A stretch of 32,000 nucleotides of DNA from Nitrosococcus oceani ATCC 19707 (GCF_000012805.1 NC_007484.1:1500001-1532000), one strand, 5' to 3'. Positions 17,439-26,293 are shown, numbered from the stretch's first letter. Notes: generated by a model from the letters alone, not told the origin. Program-made: numbers and translations.

Positions 17439-18214
17439 GTGTCGAAAGCTTCCACAATTTTCAAGAAATGTGTTCGGGCCATTCAAAACGGAGAGCTTAT
17501 CGAACGCGAAGGCCGCAACGATAAGGAGTTTTACTTTCAGAATTGGTTTCAGAAGAGATTAGAGGCACTCAAGCTAAATTTTGATTCTCCTGGTCGTAAC
17601 ACCTATCCGGATTTCCGCCTTGTACAGCATACGGAAGGATACGAGCTAAAAGGTCTTGCCTATCCAGGACGTGAAGCTGACTATGATTGCAATAGTCAGG
17701 TTCCATGTGGTGAACACAATGGACGCCAGGTGTATTATGTTTTCGGGCGATACCCTGTTAACCCGGATGGCAACAGTTATCCCGTGCTCGATTTCGTTGT
17801 ATGCCACGGCGATTTCTTGAATGCGGACAACTGTTATGTCCATAAAAAAAAAGTTTTCGAGGCTTTGGAAGCTACGGCGATATCCTTGTGCGTGATAGAA
17901 AGATGTACGTTGCGCCAACCCCATTCGCACTGGCGAAAGGAACTTCGCATCGACGTACATTGATCTTGCCTATAGACCATCCTGTAGATGATGACCTTAT
18001 TGAGGTAGGTACGCTAACTCGTCGTGAGGTTAGCCAAGTTGTTGTCGCTTACAGCTTCGATCTTCGCAGCAATGAGCTTGAAACAACGCTTGTTGCCAAT
18101 CCCAATGCAGGCCGAGAGCATATCTTTAAGGCTTACCGGATTGAGGGTGATCCTCTCGATCCTGTCTCTCTTCGGGAACAGGAAAAAGTTATTGCAGCTC
18201 AGAAGGTAAAGTAA
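17439..18214 (+). pseudogene. PD-(D/E)xK restriction-endonuclease-like gene interrupted by a frameshift in an A9 tract
   Basis: GTG start 3 nt after the methylase stop, with AAGGAG 6 nt upstream. Motif YPDF(D58)...EGYELK(E69,K71). The frame changes at the A9 run 17844-17852. One extra A would join HKKK to SFRGFGSYGDILVRDRKMYVAPTPF... and give a single ORF of about 258 aa ending at 18214. Confidence 0.6.
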
Positions 18215-18293
18215 GCTAAGTAGATGCTTGAGAGGAGAGACATGGCAGGTACCTTTGTTTTGCTTATAGTTACAGACCAAGAATAAGGAAAGC

Positions 18294-18947
18294 CTATAGC
18301 TTCATGGTAAAAAAAACTTCCGCAAAGACTCCTTGAGGGGTGGTTTGTTGCGGATCGGCAAAGACCGCCCGCCACCGGTTGAGGCCCAAAATACCTTCCC
18401 CATAAGGAATGGAGGCGAGCTGGCTTTTATGTTCTCCTATCGCCTGCATTTTTTTCCCTATCTGATCATCGATATATTCCAGGCGATCCCAGCGGGAAAA
18501 TAATCCCCAAACCTCGTAAGCCCATAGGGCGTCTATGAATAGGGGTGTTTCTTCGATACATTTTCGGGTTAGTTGCCCCGCTAGCCGGTGGGTAGGATGC
18601 CGGTCCCAGTGATCGTGGAGGGAATAGACCTCTTCAGGGCGAAGTTGCTTGATGAGCTCGCTAAGCCGCTCCTTTGCTGAATGGTAATGGGAAGTATTTT
18701 TTAGATCAGGGAGAGCAAAGAAAATAACTTCTTTGATTCCTAGCACTCTCGCTGCTCGAGTGGCCTCCTGCTTACGAATTTCCACCAGGGTTTCTTCCGG
18801 CCAGCCAAAGGGATTGGGGCTCCTCCTCCCATCAGTTAAAATGACCGAGGTAATATGGGAACCTGAGGCCGCTTTCTTGGCCGCAGTACCTCCCATTCCG
18901 ATTTCCATGTCATCCGGATGGGCGCTGATGATCAGAATTTGATTCAT
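18294..18947 (-). CDS. PIG-L/LmbE family N-acetylglucosaminyl deacetylase
   Basis: 217-aa ORF. The N-terminal ILIISAHPDDMEIGMGGT motif (AHPDD) and downstream HxDH-like region are typical of PIG-L. Confidence 0.85.
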   Translation of the reverse strand: MNQILIISAHPDDMEIGMGGTAAKKAASGSHITSVILTDGRRSPNPFGWPEETLVEIRKQEATRAARVLGIKEVIFFALPDLKNTSHYHSAKERLSELIKQLRPEEVYSLHDHWDRHPTHRLAGQLTRKCIEETPLFIDALWAYEVWGLFSRWDRLEYIDDQIGKKMQAIGEHKSQLASIPYGEGILGLNRWRAVFADPQQTTPQGVFAEVFFTMKL

Positions 18948-19524
18948 CTTTTCGGGGTCCCTTTTCCAGGCGGGGAGGATTCGGTCCTGAAGTCTCCACC
19001 TCGATAAGTTCCATGGGTTTACGCTGAGCCAGGTTTTTTTTAGCTGCTTTCCCCTTTAGGGTTTCTTGGCGGGCCCGCACTGCATAGCCGGTTAGGGCGC
19101 CGCCAGCGGCCAGCAGGGTCAAGATACCAACGGTAAAAAATTGTAGAGTAAGTAACCCTACCCCGACAGCCGCTGCTCCAACGACGGCTGCGCCCACCTT
19201 GAAATTAGCTTTGGCGTGGGCGCGGTTGGTTTCTTTTACAATACGCTTATGGGTTTGTTCGAATACGCGGCTTTTTTCTTTTTCCGTAGAGACGAGAAGC
19301 TGTTCCCGTTCTTGAAGCAGCTTTTCCTTCATTCGCGCCAAGGCATCTTTTTTGATGTGATTAGCGATGGAAGCGAACCAGAAAGCCGTCATAAAGCTGG
19401 CAATTAATGCAAGCAGCCCATAGGGTAGCCAGTTAGTTCCTGGATTCTCCAGGAAGGCGAAAACAAGGATGGCGGTGGCCACTTGAATAATGATAATTCC
19501 CGGGAGAAACCTGAGCATTGACAT
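18910..19524 (-). CDS. Membrane protein with two N-terminal and two C-terminal TM segments flanking a charged helical linker
   Basis: 204-aa ORF. Hydrophobic N-terminal segments, a KEK-rich central helix, a Gly/Ala-rich TM pair and a basic tail. Overlaps the PIG-L start by 38 nt. I recognised no family. Confidence 0.55.
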   Translation of the reverse strand: MSMLRFLPGIIIIQVATAILVFAFLENPGTNWLPYGLLALIASFMTAFWFASIANHIKKDALARMKEKLLQEREQLLVSTEKEKSRVFEQTHKRIVKETNRAHAKANFKVGAAVVGAAAVGVGLLTLQFFTVGILTLLAAGGALTGYAVRARQETLKGKAAKKNLAQRKPMELIEVETSGPNPPRLEKGPRKDESNSDHQRPSG

Positions 19525-19813
19525 ATAGGGTAAACCTATCGGGATAAAAATCGGCAGAAGTAGACGAAGCGGTTATCTGGCGAATAATCGATCCGTGTCT
19601 TAATAAATCTCATTATAGAGTATCCGGGAAGCTATTTCCGAGATCGGCCTATGCAAGCATAGGCTGCGCTGAGAAATTGCCCAACTTCCATGGCAGTAGG
19701 CGCGTTGTTAGGGATCATCGCTGCTGGATGGGGGAGAACGGATCTATTCCTTCCACCGAGTAGGGGAAAACCTAGCCTAGGCAGGCGGCTTAGTCTAGGT
19801 CTTCCGATACTCC

Positions 19814-20338
19814 TTAAAATGGCAGGCCGTGAGAGGCGCTCCCCATAAACAAAAGCATGGGCACGGATAATAAAGTATTGCTCCGGGAGGCGAGAAACGC
19901 TACTCGCTTGGCCTTGGCTTTTTCTTCCTCAGTGGCGACAACTAAACCTAGCACTTTCTTCTGATTAGGCCAGATGAGAACCCAGACATTAAATAGCATG
20001 ATCGTCCCTAACCAGGCGCCCATTCCAATGGTAGTCAGGGCTATATTGTTGGCGCCTATACCCAAGGTAAATGCGCCATGTAAGCTATAGTGGGGCGCCG
20101 CCATTAAATAATAAGCCCCGGATAGCCAAGTCACCAGCGCCGACCACCTAAACCACAATAGGGCGCGGGGGGTGATGTATTTGCCAATAGCGGCTGGGCC
20201 GGGTCCTCCTTGGTCCTTGGCGGCTTCCGCCGCGGCGGGTGCCTGTACAAAATTAAAATAGTACAGTAGCCCAATCCAAGTAATACCCGCGAGAAAGTGC
20301 AGCCAGCGATCAAGGGCTAATGAAGTTATCGATTCCAT
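19814..20338 (-). CDS. Conserved integral membrane protein (4 TM), family uncertain
   Basis: 174-aa ORF with a GGAGAT RBS 7 nt upstream of the ATG. The N-terminal WLHFLAGITWIGLLYYFNF helix is reminiscent of PuuD-type membrane domains, but I cannot confirm that. Confidence 0.6.
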   Translation of the reverse strand: MESITSLALDRWLHFLAGITWIGLLYYFNFVQAPAAAEAAKDQGGPGPAAIGKYITPRALLWFRWSALVTWLSGAYYLMAAPHYSLHGAFTLGIGANNIALTTIGMGAWLGTIMLFNVWVLIWPNQKKVLGLVVATEEEKAKAKRVAFLASRSNTLLSVPMLLFMGSASHGLPF

Positions 20339-20370
20339 AAAGTCATCTCCATAGGGTTTTATAAAAACGC

Positions 20371-20466
20371 TTAACCGCCTGCTATCGTTTTAATGATGAC
20401 AATCAACACCCCCGTTAGGATAAACCCCGAAACAATAGTGCCTGGAATAGAATCTAATGGGTTCAT
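20371..20466 (-). CDS. Unannotated 31-aa hydrophobic peptide ORF (MNPLDSIPGTIVSGFILTGVLIVIIKTIAGG)
   Basis: AGGGAG RBS 6 nt upstream of the ATG at 20466 and a single predicted TM helix. Stop lies 32 nt upstream of the next minus-strand gene. Too short to appear in the ORF track. Confidence 0.35.
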   Translation of the reverse strand: MNPLDSIPGTIVSGFILTGVLIVIIKTIAGG

Positions 20467-20570
20467 TCTTTTCTCCCTTGTTCATGGATTAACGGCAGTT
20501 TTCTTACAAGTTAGCAATTTACCATGGTAGCTGCCAGCCATGTAAAATTCCTCTGCACGAAGAACATAGC

Positions 20571-22196
20571 CTAGCGGCATCCTAGAGTTAGAGTCCAGTA
20601 GTGCCTATAGGTGCTTCTTCCTTGATAGGCATAACCCACGCCCAATTCGCAGTAACTGGCGTTTAAGATATTACGCCGATGTCCAGGGCTATTCATCCAG
20701 CCAGTAAGCACTGCCTGGGGCGAGGAATACCCTGCGGCAACATTTTCTCCTGCCGTGCGAAACCGATAACCCGCATCGGCCATCCGGGTAAATGGACTTG
20801 AACCGTTTGAGCCCCTATGGCTGATAAAATTGTTTTGAGCCATATCTTTGGAATGTCCCTTTGCGGCAGCGACAAGAGCACTATGGATCTTCAGGGAAGC
20901 AAGATTATGCTTTTGTCGTTCTTGATTAATCAGCTTTATAAGCTCCTGCTCGGCGGGAAGAAGATTCTGGCTATCGGTAGTGTCGTTATTATTAGCAGCC
21001 TCCGTTACTTCAATGGTGATTTGGGTGGAATCTTTGCTGTTTTCATTATCGATGACCGTTAGGGTAACTACATGGGCCCCTGGCGTGTCGTAGGTGTATT
21101 CGAGATTTGGACCGGTAATGATTTGGCCGTTATCAAATTCCCAACGGTAGTGTTGAATAAATCCATCCGCATCCTGACTATTGCTGCCATCAAGCGTGAC
21201 GGTGAGCGGTAGGGGGCCTTTCTGGGGATTGGCATTAATCACTGCTTGCGGAGGTTGGTTAAAGGAAGGCCCGGCGGCTTTTATTTTAAAAGCGGTAATT
21301 TTGGCAACGTTTTGGCCGATGTTGACATCACTCGCAATAAAAACAGGGGCTTCATCTTCAAATGCAGTGGGAGCTTTCAGGATGTCTAAGCTGTAAGTTC
21401 CGTTTTTTAGGGAGCGAACAAGTGCGATTTCATCCTCTGAATCATTATCGAAATCACCCACGGCAAGACCATCCGGTATAATATCCCTACCGAGGTCGCT
21501 ATAGCTAAGTAACGGTGGTCCGAGGCTATCGGAAAGAGAAGAGGGAGGTGAGTAAATTTCTACTCTAACCGTGCCGTTTCCATTTTTTTGGGCGATGACC
21601 AACTCGCTTTTGCTGTCACCCGCCATATCACCAGCGCTGAGGCCAATGATGTTATTGCCAATATTCGCGGCGCCCGCAATTGCCAAAGCATTCCCCCGGC
21701 GGCGGGTGGGAAGATCGTAAATGATGAGTTGATGGCTCCCGTTTTGAAGGCGCTTAATGACAGCTAGCTCTTTTTCAGGATCGGAATCGCAATCGCAGAG
21801 GGTGGCAAATTGGACATTTCTCTCCAGAGACCTATCATCCGCCAGCAAGCGGAAAAACAAGGCGCCATCTTCCGGCTTGACCGTATAGAGATAAAGGCCG
21901 TTACTTCCAAATCTTCCATGAGTGAGGAAAATAAATTCATCGCCTGCTGCTCCACTGACATTTCCCGCTGCAAGGCTTGCAACATTTCCAAAAATCTGGA
22001 CATCTTGAAAAAGCTTAGCCTCTAACCTGTTTTCGGGGGCAAGCGGCGGGGTATATACTTGAAGCGTTAGTCCCCGTCTATTAACGTTATCTTTTATGAT
22101 GGCTAATTTCTCTTCTATGGCAAAAGCAACCGTTGATAAGGAGCATAATGCTGATATAAAGAAAGCGAAGCAAAGCATTCTTCGATTGAGATACAT
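20571..22196 (-). CDS. Secreted multidomain protein: FG-GAP/VCBS-like repeats, PKD domain, C-terminal CAP/SCP/PR1-like domain
   Basis: Signal peptide MYLNRRMLCFAFFISALCSLSTVAFA. Repeated GDxxGDxxxE-type segments (AGDMAGDSKSELVIA, VGDFDNDSEDEIALV). PKD-like LTVTLDGSNSQDADGFIQHYRWEFDNG. CAP-like end (GHSKDMAQNNFISH...GENVAAGY...WMNSPGHRRNIL). Confidence 0.8.
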   Translation of the reverse strand: MYLNRRMLCFAFFISALCSLSTVAFAIEEKLAIIKDNVNRRGLTLQVYTPPLAPENRLEAKLFQDVQIFGNVASLAAGNVSGAAGDEFIFLTHGRFGSNGLYLYTVKPEDGALFFRLLADDRSLERNVQFATLCDCDSDPEKELAVIKRLQNGSHQLIIYDLPTRRRGNALAIAGAANIGNNIIGLSAGDMAGDSKSELVIAQKNGNGTVRVEIYSPPSSLSDSLGPPLLSYSDLGRDIIPDGLAVGDFDNDSEDEIALVRSLKNGTYSLDILKAPTAFEDEAPVFIASDVNIGQNVAKITAFKIKAAGPSFNQPPQAVINANPQKGPLPLTVTLDGSNSQDADGFIQHYRWEFDNGQIITGPNLEYTYDTPGAHVVTLTVIDNENSKDSTQITIEVTEAANNNDTTDSQNLLPAEQELIKLINQERQKHNLASLKIHSALVAAAKGHSKDMAQNNFISHRGSNGSSPFTRMADAGYRFRTAGENVAAGYSSPQAVLTGWMNSPGHRRNILNASYCELGVGYAYQGRSTYRHYWTLTLGCR

Positions 22197-22671
22197 GGAG
22201 ATCCCCTTGGTTTAGAAATAAAGTTTTTAATAGTTTTATGGATACGGATTGTGGTTAGCACGATCTGAATCCAGGCGTTGGAGGTAATAACAAAGCAAAT
22301 AATATGCCACTTCATAATCTTATTGCTTTTCCCCTGCGTTCCGCGAGTCTAAAGATTAACTGCGGTGATAAATAGAGTCGCTATTTGGCGACAAATTATT
22401 GCTCATAGTGCTGGGTAGGTAAGTCGTTAGGGGGGAATTTCTAGTCAATTGTACTCCCCACTGTTTTGGGAACGGGGTGGTCTGGTTTATATAAAACGGC
22501 GCTTCATGCTGATTCTGAAGTCTATCCAGGAAGTTTTCTGCTGCTAGTGCCTAGTTTTTGAGGCTGATAAAAGGTTGCTGGCGGGAAAGCCTTCCTCTGG
22601 AATCTCTCTTCAGACTCCTTTTTGGGTTACCGATAAATTCCACGGAAATGGATGACGTAAAATAGGCCCCC

Positions 22672-24150
22672 ATGAGCGATCACTACGATATCGAACTGCT
22701 GATTAAATCCCACATTCCCATCATCGTTATTGAGACTCATGAAGAGCTGCGTGCGGTAGATTTGCTCATGCAAATTGCGCGGCGCGTAGCTAAACCGACC
22801 TTTAAATGGAGCGTGACGGAGGGTCTGAAACGTATGGATTTGGATTATGCTCCTCAACGCCATAATAGCAAGCCCCTTGACGTACTGCAGCATATTAAGG
22901 CGGTCTCTTCGCCGGGCCTTTTCATTCTTGCGGATTTTCATCCTTATTTGGAAGACCCGTTCCATGTGCGCCTGTTGAAGGATATCGCCTTAACCGCTGA
23001 AACTCGGAGCCATACGCTAGTATTGTTGAGCCATCGTCTCAATATTCCACCAGAATTGCACAAGTTCTCAGCCCGTGCCGTGCTAACCTTGCCAAACCCA
23101 TCGGAATTAGACAATCTTGTGCGGGAGGTCGCCAGGGAGTGGTCCCAAAAGCACAACGGCAAACCGGTTAAAGCTGATCCCCAGACGCTTCGGATGTTGG
23201 TGAGTAATTTATCGGGTTTGACCTACAAGGATGCTAAACGGTTGGCCCGCAATGGGATCTTTAATGATGGAGCAGTGACCCCCATCGATTTGCAACGGGT
23301 GATGAAGGCGAAGTACGAGCTTCTCAATCAAGCAGGGGTGCTTACCTTTGAATATGAGAGCGCGCATTTTGCTGATATTGGTGGTTTCAAGCGGCTTAAG
23401 CATTGGCTAGAACAGCGCCGCGACCCCTTAATAAGCGGCTCTCAATCTTCTCCGTTAGCAGTGCCGAAGGGGATTTTATTATTAGGGGTGCAAGGATGTG
23501 GAAAAAGTTTGGCGGCAAAGGTGGTTGCGGGGACGTGGGGGATTCCTTTGTTGCGGCTCGATTTTGGCGCACTTTATAATAAATTTTTTGGCGAGACCGA
23601 GCGCAACCTGCGCGAGTCTCTCAAAATGTCTGAAGCGATGGCGCCTTGCGTATTATGGATTGATGAGATTGAAAAGGGGGTGTCCACGGAGGGTTCGGAT
23701 AATGCAACCTCCCGCCGGGTGCTAGGGACTTTATTAACTTGGCTAGCGGAGAAAAAAGCGCCGGTATTTATGGTTGCCACCGCCAATGATATCGAAGCCC
23801 TGCCGCCGGAACTGATCCGCAAAGGCCGTTTTGACGAGATATTTTTTGTGGATTTACCGGATCAAGTAGCCCGTGAAGCGATTTTCCATATCCATTTGGG
23901 CAATCGAAATGCGGAGATGGGGGTGATTGATATTCCCCATCTTGCCACGATGAGCGAAGGGTTTTCCGGTGCGGAAATCGAACAGGTGGTTGTTTCCGCC
24001 TATTATTCCACCCATGCTCAAAGTTCTGTTCTCGATACTCAGTCTATTGCCGCGGAAATTGCTCTAACCCGGCCGCTATCGGTCACGATGGCAGAGAGGA
24101 TCGCCTACTTGCGGTCCTGGGCGGTTGAGCGGACCGTACCTTGTGATTAA
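22672..24150 (+). CDS. AAA+ ATPase, Ycf46-like architecture (degenerate N-terminal domain plus one classical AAA module)
   Basis: 492-aa ORF. Walker A GVQGCGKS, Walker [10 protein letters not shown], second region of homology and arginine finger region ([25 protein letters not shown]). Confidence 0.85.
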   Translation: MSDHYDIELLIKSHIPIIVIETHEELRAVDLLMQIARRVAKPTFKWSVTEGLKRMDLDYAPQRHNSKPLDVLQHIKAVSSPGLFILADFHPYLEDPFHVRLLKDIALTAETRSHTLVLLSHRLNIPPELHKFSARAVLTLPNPSELDNLVREVAREWSQKHNGKPVKADPQTLRMLVSNLSGLTYKDAKRLARNGIFNDGAVTPIDLQRVMKAKYELLNQAGVLTFEYESAHFADIGGFKRLKHWLEQRRDPLISGSQSSPLAVPKGILLLGVQGCGKSLAAKVVAGTWGIPLLRLDFGALYNKFFGETERNLRESLKMSEAMAPCVLWIDEIEKGVSTEGSDNATSRRVLGTLLTWLAEKKAPVFMVATANDIEALPPELIRKGRFDEIFFVDLPDQVAREAIFHIHLGNRNAEMGVIDIPHLATMSEGFSGAEIEQVVVSAYYSTHAQSSVLDTQSIAAEIALTRPLSVTMAERIAYLRSWAVERTVPCD

Positions 24151-24172
24151 CCAGCTGCTTTTAGGACGGGCG

Positions 24173-25153
24173 ATGTTCTCTCGTATACTGGGAGTGGGAC
24201 TACCATTGATGTTAATGACCGCCTGCACGCCTTATATTCAACGCACTGGGGAATCGCTGCAAAGTCCAACGCTGGAGACGATGCGGTTTATTGCGGCAGA
24301 TGGAGAATCTCTTCCTATGCGTATCTGGCTGCCGGAGGGAGAGCCCCATTCCATCGTTATTGGGGTTCATGGCTTTAATGATTACAGCCGTGCTTTCGCC
24401 AAGGTAGGTGCATACCTAGCGCAGCAAGGAATCGCTGTTTATGCCTATGATCAGCGGGGATTTGGGGCCACGCAACAGCGGGGAAGGTGGCCAGGCGTGG
24501 AGTTGCTTGTCAAGGATCTCCGCGGCTTTATCCAAGCCGTGGGCACCCACCATCGAAACCGCCCCCTTTATCTTTTAGGCGAAAGCATGGGGGGGGCCGT
24601 TGCCATGGCGGCTTTAGCGGGCGATGATGCGCCCTTGGTGGATCGCTTGATCTTAGTTGCCCCGGCAGTTTGGGGCGGGCAAAGTCTGAATAGTTGGTAC
24701 CGATCGCTGCTTTGGGTGTCCGCCCATACATTGCCCTGGTTGAAGGTCACTGGAAGTAGTTTGAAGATTAAAGCTTCGGATAATAGGGAGATGTTAAAAC
24801 GAATGCGGGCTGATCCCCTGATTATCAAAGAAACCCGGATCGACGCCCTTTATGGCATGGTTCAACTTATGGATAAGGCCCGGAAGATTATCCCCCAAGT
24901 TCATATGCCTACTCTGGTGTTATATGGCGGCCAGGATCAAGTGATTCCTGAACGGCCCATTTGCCATCTCCTGGAGGAGCTTCCTGGTCCCCACTCGGTG
25001 GCTTTTTATCCCACGGGTTACCATATGTTGTTGCGGGACCGAGAGGCTGAACGGGTATGGCAAGATTTGGTGGAATGGTTGCAGGTACCGGTTTGGGCGT
25101 TGAGTTCCCGCATTCCCGCCAGGTGCCTGCCGCTGCTGGCTCAAACCGGTTAA
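24173..25153 (+). CDS. Alpha/beta hydrolase lipoprotein (lysophospholipase/monoacylglycerol-lipase-like)
   Basis: The ATG at 24173 gives a lipobox-type signal (LPLMLMTAC). HG oxyanion motif VHGFNDY, nucleophile elbow GESMGG, and a C-terminal His region (GYHMLL). The ORF track start at 24125 overlaps the AAA gene. Confidence 0.8.
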   Translation: MFSRILGVGLPLMLMTACTPYIQRTGESLQSPTLETMRFIAADGESLPMRIWLPEGEPHSIVIGVHGFNDYSRAFAKVGAYLAQQGIAVYAYDQRGFGATQQRGRWPGVELLVKDLRGFIQAVGTHHRNRPLYLLGESMGGAVAMAALAGDDAPLVDRLILVAPAVWGGQSLNSWYRSLLWVSAHTLPWLKVTGSSLKIKASDNREMLKRMRADPLIIKETRIDALYGMVQLMDKARKIIPQVHMPTLVLYGGQDQVIPERPICHLLEELPGPHSVAFYPTGYHMLLRDREAERVWQDLVEWLQVPVWALSSRIPARCLPLLAQTG

Positions 25154-25248
25154 AAAATCGTGAGGCCGATAAATTGCTTGCAGGGAACTCACCCTGGCAT
25201 AATTTATTTATTTACCGGAAATTAAGAGAGAAATTTGGAGAATAGACT

Positions 25249-25794
25249 ATGCGCGCTAGTGGAACTTTAGCTCCTGAGTGGAAGGTAGCCCAATGGTTTA
25301 ATACCCAGCAGCCGTTGCAGCTAGCTGACCTTCGAGGGAAGGTCGTGGTGATGCATGCTTTTCAAATGCTTTGCCCAGGGTGTGTAGTGCATGGTTTGCC
25401 CCAGACCCAGAAAATTTATAATGTTTTTGACGCCAATGAGGTTGTGGTGGTGGGTTTGCATACGGTGTTCGAGCACCATGAGGTCATGACTCCCCAGGCG
25501 CTTGAAGTCTTTATTCACGAATATCGTTATACCTTTCCCATCGGTGTCGATCAGCCAGATGGGCAATCAGGGTTGCCACTGACGATGCGTGCCTATGGGA
25601 TGCGCGGGACTCCCAGCCTGATCTTGATTGATCATAAAGGCCGTCTCCGCAAGCATAGTTTTGGCCGCGACGATGATATCCAGGTAGGGGCGGATATTGC
25701 GACCCTTGTTAGTGAAGCGAAAGCGGCGCCCCTGGCTGAAGCAGAGAATGCTAGCGGAGGCGACGGTTGCGATGAGGACAAGTGCACGGCCTAG
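25249..25794 (+). CDS. Thioredoxin-fold redoxin (TlpA/AhpC-TSA-like) with CPGC active site
   Basis: 181-aa ORF with a GGAGAA RBS. The CPGC motif sits in a thioredoxin-like context (VVMHAFQMLCPGCVVHGLP) with a GTPSLILID cis-Pro region. Confidence 0.8.
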   Translation: MRASGTLAPEWKVAQWFNTQQPLQLADLRGKVVVMHAFQMLCPGCVVHGLPQTQKIYNVFDANEVVVVGLHTVFEHHEVMTPQALEVFIHEYRYTFPIGVDQPDGQSGLPLTMRAYGMRGTPSLILIDHKGRLRKHSFGRDDDIQVGADIATLVSEAKAAPLAEAENASGGDGCDEDKCTA

Positions 25795-26074
25795 CTTGCG
25801 GGTGGCAGGGGGGCGCCAGGGCCAGCAAAATCGTGCGCTTACTGGCGCCTTTTACCTCTGGAGAGGCGCTGATGCGGGCAGCAGCCATACGCGCCCCCGC
25901 AATATTGCGTGCGGCGGGCCCCAGTTCAAGTTCGGTAAGCGGCTGCCCCAGCACTCGAAATGGTGAATCGCCGAGTGGTAAGGCCCACCGGTTATTGTCC
26001 GCCGTGGCGACTTCAATTATAGCGATGGTGTTGGTGGAGCAGGCCACCTTCAGGTTCTTCAGGAGCCACGACAT
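25751..26074 (-). pseudogene. Possible foreign gene fragment: GC3-rich coding-like frame without RBS
   Basis: The minus-strand frame has strongly G/C-biased third positions (TCG TGG CTC CTG AAG AAC CTG AAG GTG GCC TGC TCC ACC...), unlike neighbouring genes. There is no SD and an in-frame stop lies just upstream. The 3' end runs into the redoxin gene. I recognised no family. Confidence 0.2.
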
Positions 26075-26293
26075 CCCGGATAGATAGAAGAGGGGTTAAA
26101 AGTCGGTTTATTTTCTTTTCTCCAGCTAGTAAATCCACCTCGCTTCTAATAACACTCCATGGTTGATGAATACCCTAAATAGCGGTGAATACACCGCCAC
26201 AGGCTAGGGTTAGTTGCTATCAAACCGCTTAACGTCTCCTTGTTTTTCAAGTTTCATTTATTTTTACCTATATATCTTATGGAGGATTTTATC

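Noticed and set aside
17888-18214. 108-aa ORF called as an independent gene starting at GTG 17888
   Set aside because: Its frame is open back to 17846, directly after the A9 tract. It overlaps the upstream ORF by 76 nt and has no RBS. I interpret it as the downstream half of the frameshifted nuclease gene.
25181-25196. Possible intrinsic terminator after the hydrolase gene (caggg-aactca-ccctg followed by a T-rich stretch)
   Set aside because: The stem is only 5 bp and the downstream tract (gcataatttatttattt) is interrupted, so it is too weak to call without 3'-end data.
25782-26087. 101-aa plus-strand ORF in the GC-rich spacer after the redoxin gene
   Set aside because: Its translation is Ala/Ser/Arg-rich and low-complexity with no RBS. 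The third-position GC periodicity favours the opposite strand frame (25751-26074), which is itself only a doubtful fragment.
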